A model generated the notes under the pieces. That model was not told the DNA's origin. It searched no databases and was given only the letters and a program-made list of their open reading frames with translations. A stretch of 64,000 nt of DNA from Bacteroidota bacterium. GTDB lineage: Bacteria; Bacteroidota; Ignavibacteria; Palsa-1295. This document shows positions 29,429-39,389 of the stretch, piece by piece. Made by a program: the position numbers and the translations under genes. Each line of letters begins with the position of its first letter. Position 1 is the stretch's first letter. The DNA lies in contig JAUZOQ010000006.1 of the NCBI GenBank assembly GCA_030706385.1, forward strand, positions 1,196-65,195. The letters run 5' to 3'.

Positions 29429-30130
29429 GTGAATCGTTGGTCGGGACGAATTGTGTTTCTGATCCTCTGCATTTTTTTGGGCTGTGTTCCATCGCCATCC
29501 GAAAACGCAAATGAACCACCCAAAACGACTGATCTTACGGCATTCTTTATTCCCAAGAACCCTAGCTCCCTCTACCTATGGCGGCATACACCACAGTTGC
29601 CGTCGTTCGATTCATCGTACTTCGTTCAATACGTAGATGACATTTCAGGAAAAACTCCTGAAGGTTTTTCTCCTATTTCAAAGCTTCTCTTGTTTGACAC
29701 AACCTGGAATGACACCACGATCAAAGAGGCGTATATCTCTGACACACTGATCATGCTCTATTTTGGTGCCGCCATAGATCCAAATACGCCACACCAAATC
29801 GTACTGAAAGATACTCTTAAGGTTGGAGCCTCTTGGATAGCTTCTGATAATTTTAGGACAAGAAATGGATCTCTCATAACCATCAACGCATTAGTTGAAA
29901 GTTACTATGCTGAGACTTCATCGAGGAATAGGACATTCAACGACGTATACCGAATATCCTATTCTGTAGCCACTAAAGGATCACAAGATCCTCTCGAGCC
30001 TGAATATCAAAATGGGACCAAGTATTCAGTTTACTACGCAAGAGGAATCGGCGATTTTCTTGAAATCTGCAGAAACTCACAGGACTCTCTTGTATTCACT
30101 AATGAATTGATGGAAACTCGCGCCCGATAA
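29429..30130 (+). CDS. Hypothetical lipoprotein
   Basis: GTG start, hydrophobic stretch and FLG-C lipobox; YYARGIG near the C-terminus. Confidence 0.6.
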   Translation: MNRWSGRIVFLILCIFLGCVPSPSENANEPPKTTDLTAFFIPKNPSSLYLWRHTPQLPSFDSSYFVQYVDDISGKTPEGFSPISKLLLFDTTWNDTTIKEAYISDTLIMLYFGAAIDPNTPHQIVLKDTLKVGASWIASDNFRTRNGSLITINALVESYYAETSSRNRTFNDVYRISYSVATKGSQDPLEPEYQNGTKYSVYYARGIGDFLEICRNSQDSLVFTNELMETRAR

Positions 30131-30149
30131 TCTCCGTTGAATTGCGTTA

Positions 30150-30680
30150 ATGGAGAAGGTAGAGGATAGGTTTACGTTGAAAATACGAGGGTTGGGGCAT
30201 GGATCTCATTCCATTGATATTGCGGTCCCATCGGAATCACTCGATTTGCCTATGTTTCATGGTAAGATCACTGCCAAGGGGCAGATCACGGTCGGTGAGA
30301 GCCTCCTGCTTTCCCTGAGACTTGAGGCCACAGGAAGTTTTATATGCGACCGTTGCGGTTGTGATTTTGAAAGGACCTTTCGGCCAGAGATACAACTCCT
30401 TTACGTGCCTCCGCAATTGGCCACTTCGCTTAATGAAGATGACGATGTTCATGTTTTTGACACACAAACCAACGAAATCGACTTCACAGAGGATATACGA
30501 GATGCTGTTATGCTGGCAATTCCGATGAAAAACCTGCACAGCCCTGACTGCAAACCGCTGATTGCTGGAGAAGAAAAGGGTATTTTGGATGACCGACTCT
30601 CGGCGCTGGGAGGGCTCTATGCAAAACTTCGAGAAGAAGAAATGAACTCTGAGGGGACCGGAAGTGTTTCACAGGGCTAA
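30150..30680 (+). CDS. yceD: YceD/DUF177 family protein
   Basis: CDRC motif, LAIPMK, position upstream of rpmF. Confidence 0.88.
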   Translation: MEKVEDRFTLKIRGLGHGSHSIDIAVPSESLDLPMFHGKITAKGQITVGESLLLSLRLEATGSFICDRCGCDFERTFRPEIQLLYVPPQLATSLNEDDDVHVFDTQTNEIDFTEDIRDAVMLAIPMKNLHSPDCKPLIAGEEKGILDDRLSALGGLYAKLREEEMNSEGTGSVSQG

Positions 30681-30706
30681 TTTTAAGATATGTAATTTGA
30701 GATACT

Positions 30707-30892
30707 ATGCCAAATCCAACTCATCGCAACTCACGAACGCGCCGCGATAAACGCCGGACTCATTATAAAGCTGCCAAACCGTCGTTTGGCGAGTGTAAGA
30801 ACTGTGGAGCGATGAAACTCCTTCATCGTGCCTGCCCCAGTTGTGGTTACTACAACGGCAGGACAATGTTCGCCCCAAAGGCGTTAGCATAA
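30707..30892 (+). CDS. rpmF: 50S ribosomal protein L32
   Basis: SRTRRDKRRTH, CKNCG..HRACPSCGYYNG. Confidence 0.97.
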   Translation: MPNPTHRNSRTRRDKRRTHYKAAKPSFGECKNCGAMKLLHRACPSCGYYNGRTMFAPKALA

Positions 30893-30984
30893 AGCTGAAT
30901 GAATCTTGAAAAGTCGTTCTTCTTGCGTTCCTGTCGCGCAAGATGAGCGGCTTTCCTGTTCTTACGGTGCAATACAATTATTGA

Positions 30985-31995
30985 ATGATTACCATTGCTC
31001 TCGATACTATGGGTGCGGATTTCTCACCGCGAAATGAAGTTAGCGGTGCCATAGGCGTGCTTCGGGAAACGGGAGGTAGATTTCGGGTTTTGCTAATTGG
31101 TCAGAAAGAAATACTCGAACGAGAATTAGAGAATCATCGTGCTTATCCGAAGGACAAGATCGAGATTGTCGATGCGCCTGAAATCATTGAGATGGGGGAG
31201 GAGCCGGTACATGCGCTCAGGCAGAAACGCCAGTCATCCATTGTTGTCGGATTGCAAGCAATCAAGCAGAAGCAGGCCGAAGCATTTGTCAGTGCAGGCA
31301 ATACTGGCGCAGTAATGAGCGGAAGCACGCTCGAACTAGGACGAATTTTCGGCGTAAGCCGGCCGATGATTGGCTCGCAATTCCCTCGCGATGGCGGGGG
31401 GTATACTCTTGTCTTCGACGTTGGCGCAACTGTCGACGCAAAGCCGCATTGGCTGAAGGAATATGGTATTATGGGGTCACTGTATTCTAAGGCGATCTTC
31501 GGAGTGGCAAATCCTAGCGTTGCATTGTTATCCGTCGGTGAAGAATCGACAAAAGGTAACAACCTCACCTTCGCAGCCGCCGAATTGCTCGGCGCCTCTC
31601 CTGTGAATTTTGTTGGTAATGTCGAAGGTCGGGATATCTTTACCAACAAAGCGGATATTATCTTATGTGATGGTTTCACTGGAAATATTCTATTGAAATT
31701 TGCTGAAAGTATCCTGCCTGCACTGAAATCACGAGTTAGAAGATATTCTGAGCAAGGCTTTGTTCAAAAACTGAAAGCTGCCATTACAGCGTCGGTATTG
31801 CGTCACACGTTGAAGGATTTTGATTATCAGGAATATGGTGGAGTACCACTCCTTGGGTTAAATGGAGTGGGTCTTATCGGTCACGGGAGTTCAACACCCC
31901 CTGCCTTTCGGGCCAGGTTGCTTCGAGCTGAGGAGATGATAAAGAAGGATTTGGTAAGCACGATTTCCAAAGCTTTCGAAGCGGAAAAAGCTTAA
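30985..31995 (+). CDS. plsX: Phosphate acyltransferase PlsX
   Basis: IALDTMGAD, SAGNTGA, GNVEGRD, CDGFTGN. Confidence 0.97.
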   Translation: MITIALDTMGADFSPRNEVSGAIGVLRETGGRFRVLLIGQKEILERELENHRAYPKDKIEIVDAPEIIEMGEEPVHALRQKRQSSIVVGLQAIKQKQAEAFVSAGNTGAVMSGSTLELGRIFGVSRPMIGSQFPRDGGGYTLVFDVGATVDAKPHWLKEYGIMGSLYSKAIFGVANPSVALLSVGEESTKGNNLTFAAAELLGASPVNFVGNVEGRDIFTNKADIILCDGFTGNILLKFAESILPALKSRVRRYSEQGFVQKLKAAITASVLRHTLKDFDYQEYGGVPLLGLNGVGLIGHGSSTPPAFRARLLRAEEMIKKDLVSTISKAFEAEKA

Positions 31996-32006
31996 TTATG
32001 AATTGA

Positions 32007-33011
32007 ATGAAGAAAATTACGACTTTGAGACAAGCAGCCATCACTTCTGTAGCACACTATTTGCCCGAAGAAGTCTTGCCGAACTCTTTTTTTTCTTCCT
32101 ATCTTGATACAAGCGACGAATGGATCAAGACAAGGACAGGCATTAACACTCGACGAATACTCCGCAAGGGTGGATCCAGCGATTTGGCATTACCCGCAGT
32201 GAAGCGTTTATTAGAGAAAAGGGGAATCACGGCAAACGATATTGACATCATTATTTTTTGTACCGTCACTCCCGATATGTTTTTCCCGTCGACAGCATGT
32301 GTGTTGCAAGACAAGATTGGCGCAAAGAATGCCTGGGGTTTTGATCTTTCGGGAGCTTGTTCAGGATTTCTCTTTGGGCTTGAAACCGGTCGAAGATTTA
32401 TCGAAGCTGGTGGGGCCGAGAAGGTTTTAGTTATTGGTGCCGATAAAATGAGCTCTATTATCGATTATAACGATAGAAATACCTGCCCTCTTTTCGGCGA
32501 CGGTGGTGGTGCAGTATTGCTTGAGCCCATTGAAGAGAGTGAGTATGGAATTCTCGATTCCATATTGCACATCGACGGATCGGGAGGAGAACATCTCCAC
32601 ATGAAGGCAGGCGGAAGCCTTAATCCGACTACGCATGAAACGGTTGATAAGAAATGGCATTATGTCTATCAGGAAGGTAAGACTGTATTTAAGAGTGCAG
32701 TAGTCGGGATGGCGGATGTGTCAGCTGAGATCGTTGAAAAGAATCACTTGACATCGGATGATATAGCCTACCTGGTTCCTCATCAAGCTAACCTGCGAAT
32801 TATCGATGCGACAAGGGAGCGAATGGGCATCCCGCCGGAAAAAGTCATGATAAATATCGACAAATATGGAAATACTACTGCAGCCACAATACCGATCTGT
32901 TTAAGCGAGTGGCATGAAGCCGGAAAGATCGCCAAAGGCGATTATCTCGTACTGGCTAGTTTCGGTGCAGGGTATACCTGGGGTTCGATTCTTATTCGGT
33001 GGGCTTACTAA
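32007..33011 (+). CDS. fabH: 3-oxoacyl-ACP synthase III
   Basis: [22 protein letters not shown]. Confidence 0.97.
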   Translation: MKKITTLRQAAITSVAHYLPEEVLPNSFFSSYLDTSDEWIKTRTGINTRRILRKGGSSDLALPAVKRLLEKRGITANDIDIIIFCTVTPDMFFPSTACVLQDKIGAKNAWGFDLSGACSGFLFGLETGRRFIEAGGAEKVLVIGADKMSSIIDYNDRNTCPLFGDGGGAVLLEPIEESEYGILDSILHIDGSGGEHLHMKAGGSLNPTTHETVDKKWHYVYQEGKTVFKSAVVGMADVSAEIVEKNHLTSDDIAYLVPHQANLRIIDATRERMGIPPEKVMINIDKYGNTTAATIPICLSEWHEAGKIAKGDYLVLASFGAGYTWGSILIRWAY

Positions 33012-33023
33012 TTTCCAAGAATC

Positions 33024-33920
33024 ATGATTGCTTACGTATTCCCAGGTCAAGGGTCACAGTATGTCGGAATGGCAAAAGAGTTTGCTAATATTCCGGCTGC
33101 CAAAGAATTGATGATGCAGTCTGATGATATTCTCCAAGTTCATCTGACCAAGATCATGACGGAGGGACCTGAGGAAATGTTACGGCAAACAGAATTCACT
33201 CAGCCCGCCATCTTCCTTCATTCCATTCTAGCCTTACGTTTCGGCGATCATCATGAGCCTCCTAAGGCCTTCGCCGGTCATTCTCTTGGCGAATTTACAG
33301 CCCTTTGTGCCTCGGGAGCACTGGAATTCGTTGACGCCCTCAATCTCGTATTTGTACGGGGAAAATTGATGGCTGAATCAGGAAAACGGAGTCCCGGTAC
33401 GATGGCCGCGATCATAGGAATGGATGCCGCTACGCTAAAGAAAATGTGCGAAGAAATCGAGATGGAGACCGGTAACATAGTGCGACCCGCAAATTACAAT
33501 TCACCAGGGCAAATCGTTGTTTCAGGTTCAGTCCATGGTGTCCATGAAGCAATTCGGCGCGCCAAGGAAAAGGGTATTAGAATTGCTAAAGAATTGCCCG
33601 TTTCAGGAGCATTTCATTCACCACTAATGCAATATGCTGCGGATGGTTTGAAGGAAGTTCTTGCCTCGACGATCATTTCCAAGCCAACTGCTCCGGTCTT
33701 CGCCAATGCCAGCGCCCAGCCTCACGGTGAACCCGACGCAATTCGTGATCTTCTCGTCGAACAGTTGACAGCTCCTGTACGTTGGGAGGAGATCATACAT
33801 AATATGTATGATTATGGAATTCGCGAGTTTGTTGAGTTTGGCCCGGGTAAAGTGTTGCAGGGGCTGATTGGAAGAACGCTCAACGCCGTGAAGACTGTTG
33901 GTGTTGAGAGGCCACAATAG
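33024..33920 (+). CDS. fabD: Malonyl-CoA:ACP transacylase
   Basis: FPGQGSQ, GHSLGE, SGAFHS. Confidence 0.97.
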   Translation: MIAYVFPGQGSQYVGMAKEFANIPAAKELMMQSDDILQVHLTKIMTEGPEEMLRQTEFTQPAIFLHSILALRFGDHHEPPKAFAGHSLGEFTALCASGALEFVDALNLVFVRGKLMAESGKRSPGTMAAIIGMDAATLKKMCEEIEMETGNIVRPANYNSPGQIVVSGSVHGVHEAIRRAKEKGIRIAKELPVSGAFHSPLMQYAADGLKEVLASTIISKPTAPVFANASAQPHGEPDAIRDLLVEQLTAPVRWEEIIHNMYDYGIREFVEFGPGKVLQGLIGRTLNAVKTVGVERPQ

Positions 33921-33945
33921 TATTTGATTGTAATCTTTCGTATTT

Positions 33946-34689
33946 TTGGACAATAATATTACAAAAACCTTGACTGCAGCACATTTGGGCGAAGAGCATC
34001 AGTTCGACGAGGAATCGGACATCCCCGAGCATCGATTGGCACCGTTAACCGTGAAGGGGTTTAAGGTCGATGAGCTTATCTTTACCCAAGGGTTTGTTAA
34101 CTATTGCGACATTGATAAGTGTGGCGGAGGATGTTGTCATAGCGGTGTCTATGTTGACTCCAAAGAGTATGAAAACATTCTTATCCATAAAGATGATATA
34201 ATTTCTGTCATGGATGAGACGCAGATAAAGGACCCTGCGCAATGGTTTGACGGAGAGTGGATCGAGGATGCTGATTTCCCAACTGGTCGCGCAACTGGCA
34301 CTCAGGTGCATGATCGGGATGGGGGAATATCCGGATTTACCGAGGGATGTGTTTTCCTTGATAAACGCCATTTCTGTTCGATTCAGGTTGCTGCAGCGTC
34401 AAAAGGCTTGCATCGGTGGGCCTGGAAGCCAACCTACTGCATTATGTTTCCCATAACGGTTACTGAGGCAACGATCACATATGATGATTCGCATTCTGTC
34501 GATCTGCATTACTGCGGCCCAAATGGCGCGGGAAATTATGTTCATTCCGTCTATGAAGCGATGAAAGAGGAATTACAGAATTTTCTTTCGAAAGAAGAAT
34601 TCGAAAAGGTTGAAGCCTATTATCAGGCGAATAGGCCAAGGTTTGAAGCCGAGCGAATCAAGAATTCGCTTGTGCAAATCTCACTTTAA
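33946..34689 (+). CDS. Cys-rich DUF3109/YkgJ-like protein
   Basis: CDIDKCGGGCC, CVFL..CSI, KPTYCIMFP motifs; start codon uncertain. Confidence 0.65.
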   Translation: MDNNITKTLTAAHLGEEHQFDEESDIPEHRLAPLTVKGFKVDELIFTQGFVNYCDIDKCGGGCCHSGVYVDSKEYENILIHKDDIISVMDETQIKDPAQWFDGEWIEDADFPTGRATGTQVHDRDGGISGFTEGCVFLDKRHFCSIQVAAASKGLHRWAWKPTYCIMFPITVTEATITYDDSHSVDLHYCGPNGAGNYVHSVYEAMKEELQNFLSKEEFEKVEAYYQANRPRFEAERIKNSLVQISL

Positions 34690-34737
34690 GAATGATAAAC
34701 TCCGATTCAACAATCATTTGTATTTAGTCGCTTGATC

Positions 34738-35481
34738 ATGAACCTAACTGGACATTCGGCAATCGTAACAGGTGGATCCCGAGGGATAGGTCGGGCAATT
34801 GCAATTCGTCTTGCCACTGAAGGTGCGGATGTCGCTTTCACCTATGTTACAAACGAAAGTGCAGCTCTCGAAGCAAAGGCGGCTATAGAATCACTAAATA
34901 GGAAAGTGCTTGCAATTAAGGCTGATGCCTCAACTGCAATTGGAGCAAATGAAGTGGTCGAAAAGACGATAGAAGCTTTTGGCAAGATTGATATCCTGGT
35001 CAATAATGCCGGGATTACTCGCGATACCCTGCTAATGAGAATGTCAGAAGATGATTGGGATGCAGTACTTGACACAAACTTGAAAGGAGTATTTTTGCTT
35101 ACAAAGGCAGCAATACGACCAATGATGAGCGCAAAGCGCGGGAAGATAATTACCATTTCCAGTGTTGTAGGCCTCGTCGGAAATCCAGGACAGGCAAATT
35201 ACTGTGCTTCGAAGGCTGGTGTAATAGGATTTTCCAAGTCTCTGGCCAAGGAAGTTGGTTCAAGAGGAATAACTGTAAATGTTATTGCGCCGGGTTATAT
35301 AGAGACAGATATGACCGAGAAATTGAATGAGGCCCAGCGTAAAGCGATAATGGATTTAATTCCTTTGAAACGTATTGGACGGCCTCAGGAAGTAGCTGGA
35401 CTGGCAGCATTTTTGGCTTCCACCGACGCAGACTATATTACCGGTGAGGTCATTAAGCTGGACGGTGGTATGGCGATGTAG
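34738..35481 (+). CDS. fabG: 3-oxoacyl-ACP reductase
   Basis: TGGSRGIG, NNAGITRD, YCASK. Confidence 0.97.
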   Translation: MNLTGHSAIVTGGSRGIGRAIAIRLATEGADVAFTYVTNESAALEAKAAIESLNRKVLAIKADASTAIGANEVVEKTIEAFGKIDILVNNAGITRDTLLMRMSEDDWDAVLDTNLKGVFLLTKAAIRPMMSAKRGKIITISSVVGLVGNPGQANYCASKAGVIGFSKSLAKEVGSRGITVNVIAPGYIETDMTEKLNEAQRKAIMDLIPLKRIGRPQEVAGLAAFLASTDADYITGEVIKLDGGMAM

Positions 35482-35545
35482 CAGAATACTGATTTATCTT
35501 TGAATTCAAAACATTTTCACATTAAACATTACTACAAATATACAT

Positions 35546-35785
35546 ATGGCAGATCAGAACATCGAATCCAAAGTTCGCGAGATAATCGTTTCCAAGCTCG
35601 GCGTTGAAGAATCTCAGGTCACGACGGCTGCTTCCTTCACGAAAGATCTTGGCGCGGATTCTCTTGATACCGTTGAGCTTGTAATGGAATTTGAGAAGGA
35701 ATTCGGCCTGCAGATCCCCGACGAGGATGCCGAGAAAATCCAGTCTGTGGGTGATGCAGTAAGTTACATAAGTTCGAAAAAATAA
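35546..35785 (+). CDS. acpP: Acyl carrier protein
   Basis: [14 protein letters not shown]. Confidence 0.98.
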   Translation: MADQNIESKVREIIVSKLGVEESQVTTAASFTKDLGADSLDTVELVMEFEKEFGLQIPDEDAEKIQSVGDAVSYISSKK

Positions 35786-35800
35786 CGTTAGATCTTATTT

Positions 35801-37051
35801 ATGCCTGACGAACGAAGAGTAGTAGTAACCGGAATGGGAGCCATCACTCCCATTGGTAATGATATTTCTGCTGTTTGGGAAAGTCTTGCAAATGGCAGAT
35901 CAGGAGCTGCAAGAATTGCCCGCTTCGATCCCACCGGTTACGATACAACCTTCGCATGCGAAGTGAAGCACTTCGATGTACTAAAATTTGTCGATCGCAA
36001 GCTTTCAAACCGCATGGATCTATTCACGCAGTTTGGGATGGCTGCAAGCGAGATGGCAGTAGTTGATTCAGGGCTTAATCTCGATACAGTCAATCGCGAG
36101 AGAGTTGGTGTTATCTACGGTTCGGGCATTGGCGGCATGTGGGCAAATTTCAAGCAGCAGGAATCTGTCTATGCCACAGGTGGCCCCCATCGTATTTCGC
36201 CGTTCTTTGTTCCGATGATCATTTCGGATATTTGCGCTGGCTATATTTCAATGCGTTACGGTTTCAAAGGACCGAATTATGCGACGACGAGCGCATGCGC
36301 AACGAGTAATCATGCGATCATCGATGCGATGATGTATATTCAGCGCGGACTCGCCGACGTTATGGTTGCCGGGGGTTCTGAGGCAGCTATTTGTCAAATG
36401 GGAGTGGGCGGGTTCAACGCGATGAAGGCGTTATCAACACGAAATGATGCTCCGGAAAAGGCAAGTCGTCCTTTTGATAAGGAGCGAGATGGTTTTGTAA
36501 TGGGAGAAGGCGGAGGAAGTCTTATTCTCGAAGAACTTCAGCATGCGAAAAACCGAGGCGCGAAGATATACGCCGAATTAGTTGGCTTCGGAGCGACGGC
36601 GGATGCTCACCATATTACCCAGCCTGCTCCGGGCGGAGAGGGAGCTGTTCGTTCTATGAAAATGTCTCTTGCTGTTGCAGGTCTTAAGCCTGAGGATATT
36701 GATTACATCAATGTTCACGGTACCTCGACGCCTCAAGGTGATATTTCAGAGACGGAGGCAATCAAGACGACCTTTGGCCCTCATGCCCAGAAGGTTGCCA
36801 TTAGCTCAACAAAGTCTATGACGGGGCATCTGCTCGGAGCTGCCGGAGCCGTCGAAGCAATATTTAGTGTGTTGGCAATTGAGAACCAAATCGCTCCGCC
36901 GACAATTAATCTTGAATTCCCCGATCCCCAATGCGACCTTGATTATGTTCCGAATGTCGCCCGCCCAATGAAAATCGATGCTGCCATGAGTAATGGCTTT
37001 GGATTCGGTGGTCACAATGCCACTCTCATTTTTACCAAATATAGCGAATGA
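35801..37051 (+). CDS. fabF: 3-oxoacyl-ACP synthase II
   Basis: RRVVVTG, SACAT, HGTST, KSMTGHLLGA, FGFGGHN. Confidence 0.98.
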   Translation: MPDERRVVVTGMGAITPIGNDISAVWESLANGRSGAARIARFDPTGYDTTFACEVKHFDVLKFVDRKLSNRMDLFTQFGMAASEMAVVDSGLNLDTVNRERVGVIYGSGIGGMWANFKQQESVYATGGPHRISPFFVPMIISDICAGYISMRYGFKGPNYATTSACATSNHAIIDAMMYIQRGLADVMVAGGSEAAICQMGVGGFNAMKALSTRNDAPEKASRPFDKERDGFVMGEGGGSLILEELQHAKNRGAKIYAELVGFGATADAHHITQPAPGGEGAVRSMKMSLAVAGLKPEDIDYINVHGTSTPQGDISETEAIKTTFGPHAQKVAISSTKSMTGHLLGAAGAVEAIFSVLAIENQIAPPTINLEFPDPQCDLDYVPNVARPMKIDAAMSNGFGFGGHNATLIFTKYSE

Positions 37052-37079
37052 TATCGCTTCCGTTCAATCTTAAGCAGTC

Positions 37080-37991
37080 GTGAGTCAAAACAACGGAGAA
37101 TCAAAGAGTTTCATAGATAAAGTCCGTGCACGGATCGATCGATATCGTGAAATAGGTGAGGCTCGAAGGCAGCGCTTCGCCCGTGGAGAAAAGCCATTGT
37201 TTACCTTGTGGGGCGATCGAAAGCCAGTCCCTGTCCCCGAAGCTCCGCCGGTACCCGGAGTAGCAAGGGGGACACTAAGTGCAATGGATTTTGACCTCCT
37301 GGAGCGACGCTTAGGATATGTCATAAAGTATCGCGTCTACTTCCTTCAGGCCCTTACTCATCGATCATACCTCCAGTTTGTCAACGATCCCTCGATGCAA
37401 TCCAATGAACGGTTAGAATTTCTTGGTGATGCAGTCTTGGATCTGGTAATTGGAGAGTATCTATACAGGGAATTTCAAAATCTTCCAGAAGGAGATCTGA
37501 CAAAGCTTCGTTCAAGACTAGTTTCGGGCGCAGCCCTTGCAAAACATGCTTCGGAGCTTGGACTCGAGCAGTTCATGCTGCTCTCTACTTCTGCCCAGAA
37601 TGCATTATTGCGAGGGTCCATGACGTTGCTTGCCGATGCCTACGAGGCTATCATTGCGGCAATCTATTTGGACGGTGGGATGGACGCGGCACGCGACTTC
37701 ATCTACCGGCACATAATTACTCACACTCGACGAGACGAATTGATGTTATCGGACACAAACTACAAGTCTATGCTTTTAGAGTATGTCCAATCGCAAAAAA
37801 TGGGAGTTCCGCGATACATTACTGTTAGTGAGGATGGTCCAAACCATGCACGGATCTTTAACGTAGAGGTAATGGTCGGAGGTATCGTTCACGGGGCTGG
37901 AAAAGGGCATTCAAAAAAGGAAGCGGAGCAAATGGCGGCCCAAATGGCCCTTCAAGAGCTAGGTCAGCTTAGTGTTACAGCAGGGGAATAG
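37080..37991 (+). CDS. rnc: Ribonuclease III with an N-terminal extension
   Basis: ALTHRS, NERLEFLGDAVL, C-terminal dsRBD. Confidence 0.96.
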   Translation: MSQNNGESKSFIDKVRARIDRYREIGEARRQRFARGEKPLFTLWGDRKPVPVPEAPPVPGVARGTLSAMDFDLLERRLGYVIKYRVYFLQALTHRSYLQFVNDPSMQSNERLEFLGDAVLDLVIGEYLYREFQNLPEGDLTKLRSRLVSGAALAKHASELGLEQFMLLSTSAQNALLRGSMTLLADAYEAIIAAIYLDGGMDAARDFIYRHIITHTRRDELMLSDTNYKSMLLEYVQSQKMGVPRYITVSEDGPNHARIFNVEVMVGGIVHGAGKGHSKKEAEQMAAQMALQELGQLSVTAGE

Positions 37992-38037
37992 TCCTCTTTT
38001 TATCACCTTGAATATTACTGGAGATCCTCAACCTCAC

Positions 38038-38910
38038 TTATGTGAGTGGTGAGGTTTTCTTCAGTCGTTCCAACCGCATGGAGGTTGTAGCATATTTTTT
38101 GTTGATAGGCGCCAAAAAATATGAACGGAATATGTAACCCCAGAACCCTCTCTCATTGAGCACTGGGTCAATAAGATGTTCGATCTTCTGATGTGCTTTC
38201 GGCGTCTCACTCCAATGGATGCCTGCACGTTCATGGTGAACCGTATGGAAGCCGTTATTAAAGAGAAGCTTATTTAGGAAGCCAACAAAATTACGAGAAT
38301 GATTCAGTTCAGACTCCTCATCTGCATGAACGTGTTGAACGTAATTGAAGACAAGCACGCTAAATAGCGAAACTTGATGCGGGATAGCGATAAACAAAAG
38401 TGCCTTCTTCCAATCAAAATAGAATGCAACTATGTAAAGCGCGCCCAAAGCGAAATACTGCATAAAAGCAAGGTAAAATTCCTTGCGATCGGTTCTCCAG
38501 AGTGTTTTCAAATAATCTCGGATCGGCTTCTGCTGGTAAAAGCTGGAAATTGACGGATAACTTACCAAAGAAAAGAAGTTGTTCTTCTCTGTTACGCGGT
38601 AAGTAATCGTATAATCGCCCAGCTTATTATTCATTACATGATGATTCTTATTATGTGTCGGAATCCACGCAAATGCCGGAAATCCGTAGAAGAGCGTAAG
38701 CCAGTAATCGGTCAGAACATTGAGCGTTTTCGAACGCCACATGGGTAAGTGGTTGTGGTTATGAGCAATCACAGCGACTGCTATCGCCATAAAAAGACAC
38801 AAAACGTAGAGAAAAATATTAAAGGGTGCCATGTTCCATTGAACGAACAACAGGGCAGTAGCAATGAACATGTATCCGAGGGTTCGGCGATCAGCCTTAT
38901 AACGTAACAT
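38038..38910 (-). CDS. Membrane fatty acid desaturase family protein
   Basis: Three His boxes HNHNH, HNKNHH and HTVHH, with TM segments. Confidence 0.88.
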   Translation of the reverse strand: MLRYKADRRTLGYMFIATALLFVQWNMAPFNIFLYVLCLFMAIAVAVIAHNHNHLPMWRSKTLNVLTDYWLTLFYGFPAFAWIPTHNKNHHVMNNKLGDYTITYRVTEKNNFFSLVSYPSISSFYQQKPIRDYLKTLWRTDRKEFYLAFMQYFALGALYIVAFYFDWKKALLFIAIPHQVSLFSVLVFNYVQHVHADEESELNHSRNFVGFLNKLLFNNGFHTVHHERAGIHWSETPKAHQKIEHLIDPVLNERGFWGYIFRSYFLAPINKKYATTSMRLERLKKTSPLT

Positions 38911-39239
38911 TGAAATTCGATCTATCTAGTACAACTCAAAAAAAACAATAACTAAGCAGTGATAAGTGTGGAAAAGCTTATTATTGTGTATGTCATTTAA
39001 CACTTATTGTTTCAAATAGAATTCATCGGAAAATATAAAAAAGCTCTTATCTCCTTGCCTAAGAGGATGTTATTGGAACAATTATTTCCTGTTCATGAAA
39101 GAAGTCTTTCGCGAGTGCAGCGTCGAACTTATCGATATTCTTATACTTCAATGCCTGTAACAATGAGGCGTTGAATCGCCATTTCCGAAACAAGAATCGG
39201 AATCCTCTTCGCATTCCCTCTGTTTTACGCCGCTCTAAT

Positions 39240-39323
39240 GCCCGAGTGGTGAAATTGGCAGACACGCTGTGTTCAGGGCGCAGTAGTCGCAAGGCTGTGC
39301 GAGTTCAAGTCTCGCCTCGGGCA
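39240..39323 (+). tRNA. tRNA-Leu (anticodon CAG), CCA not encoded
   Basis: Acceptor stem gcccgag/ctcgggc, anticodon arm ctgtg-ttCAGgg-cgcag, long variable arm, T-loop gttcaagt; followed by caa. Confidence 0.96.
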
Positions 39324-39389
39324 CAAATACTTTCCGATGATACTTTTTGGAGTTCTTTTCTCGTAACTGCCTCCGAAAAATCTACTACC

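Noticed and set aside
38967..38975. DnaA box (TTTTCCACA on the minus strand) in an AT-rich spacer, suggesting oriC
   Set aside because: Only one clear box; no cluster of boxes or origin-associated genes.
39171..39389. N-terminal extension of the CDF ORF, and the minus-strand ORF 39059-39292
   Set aside because: Both overlap the tRNA-Leu gene and are ORF-calling artefacts.
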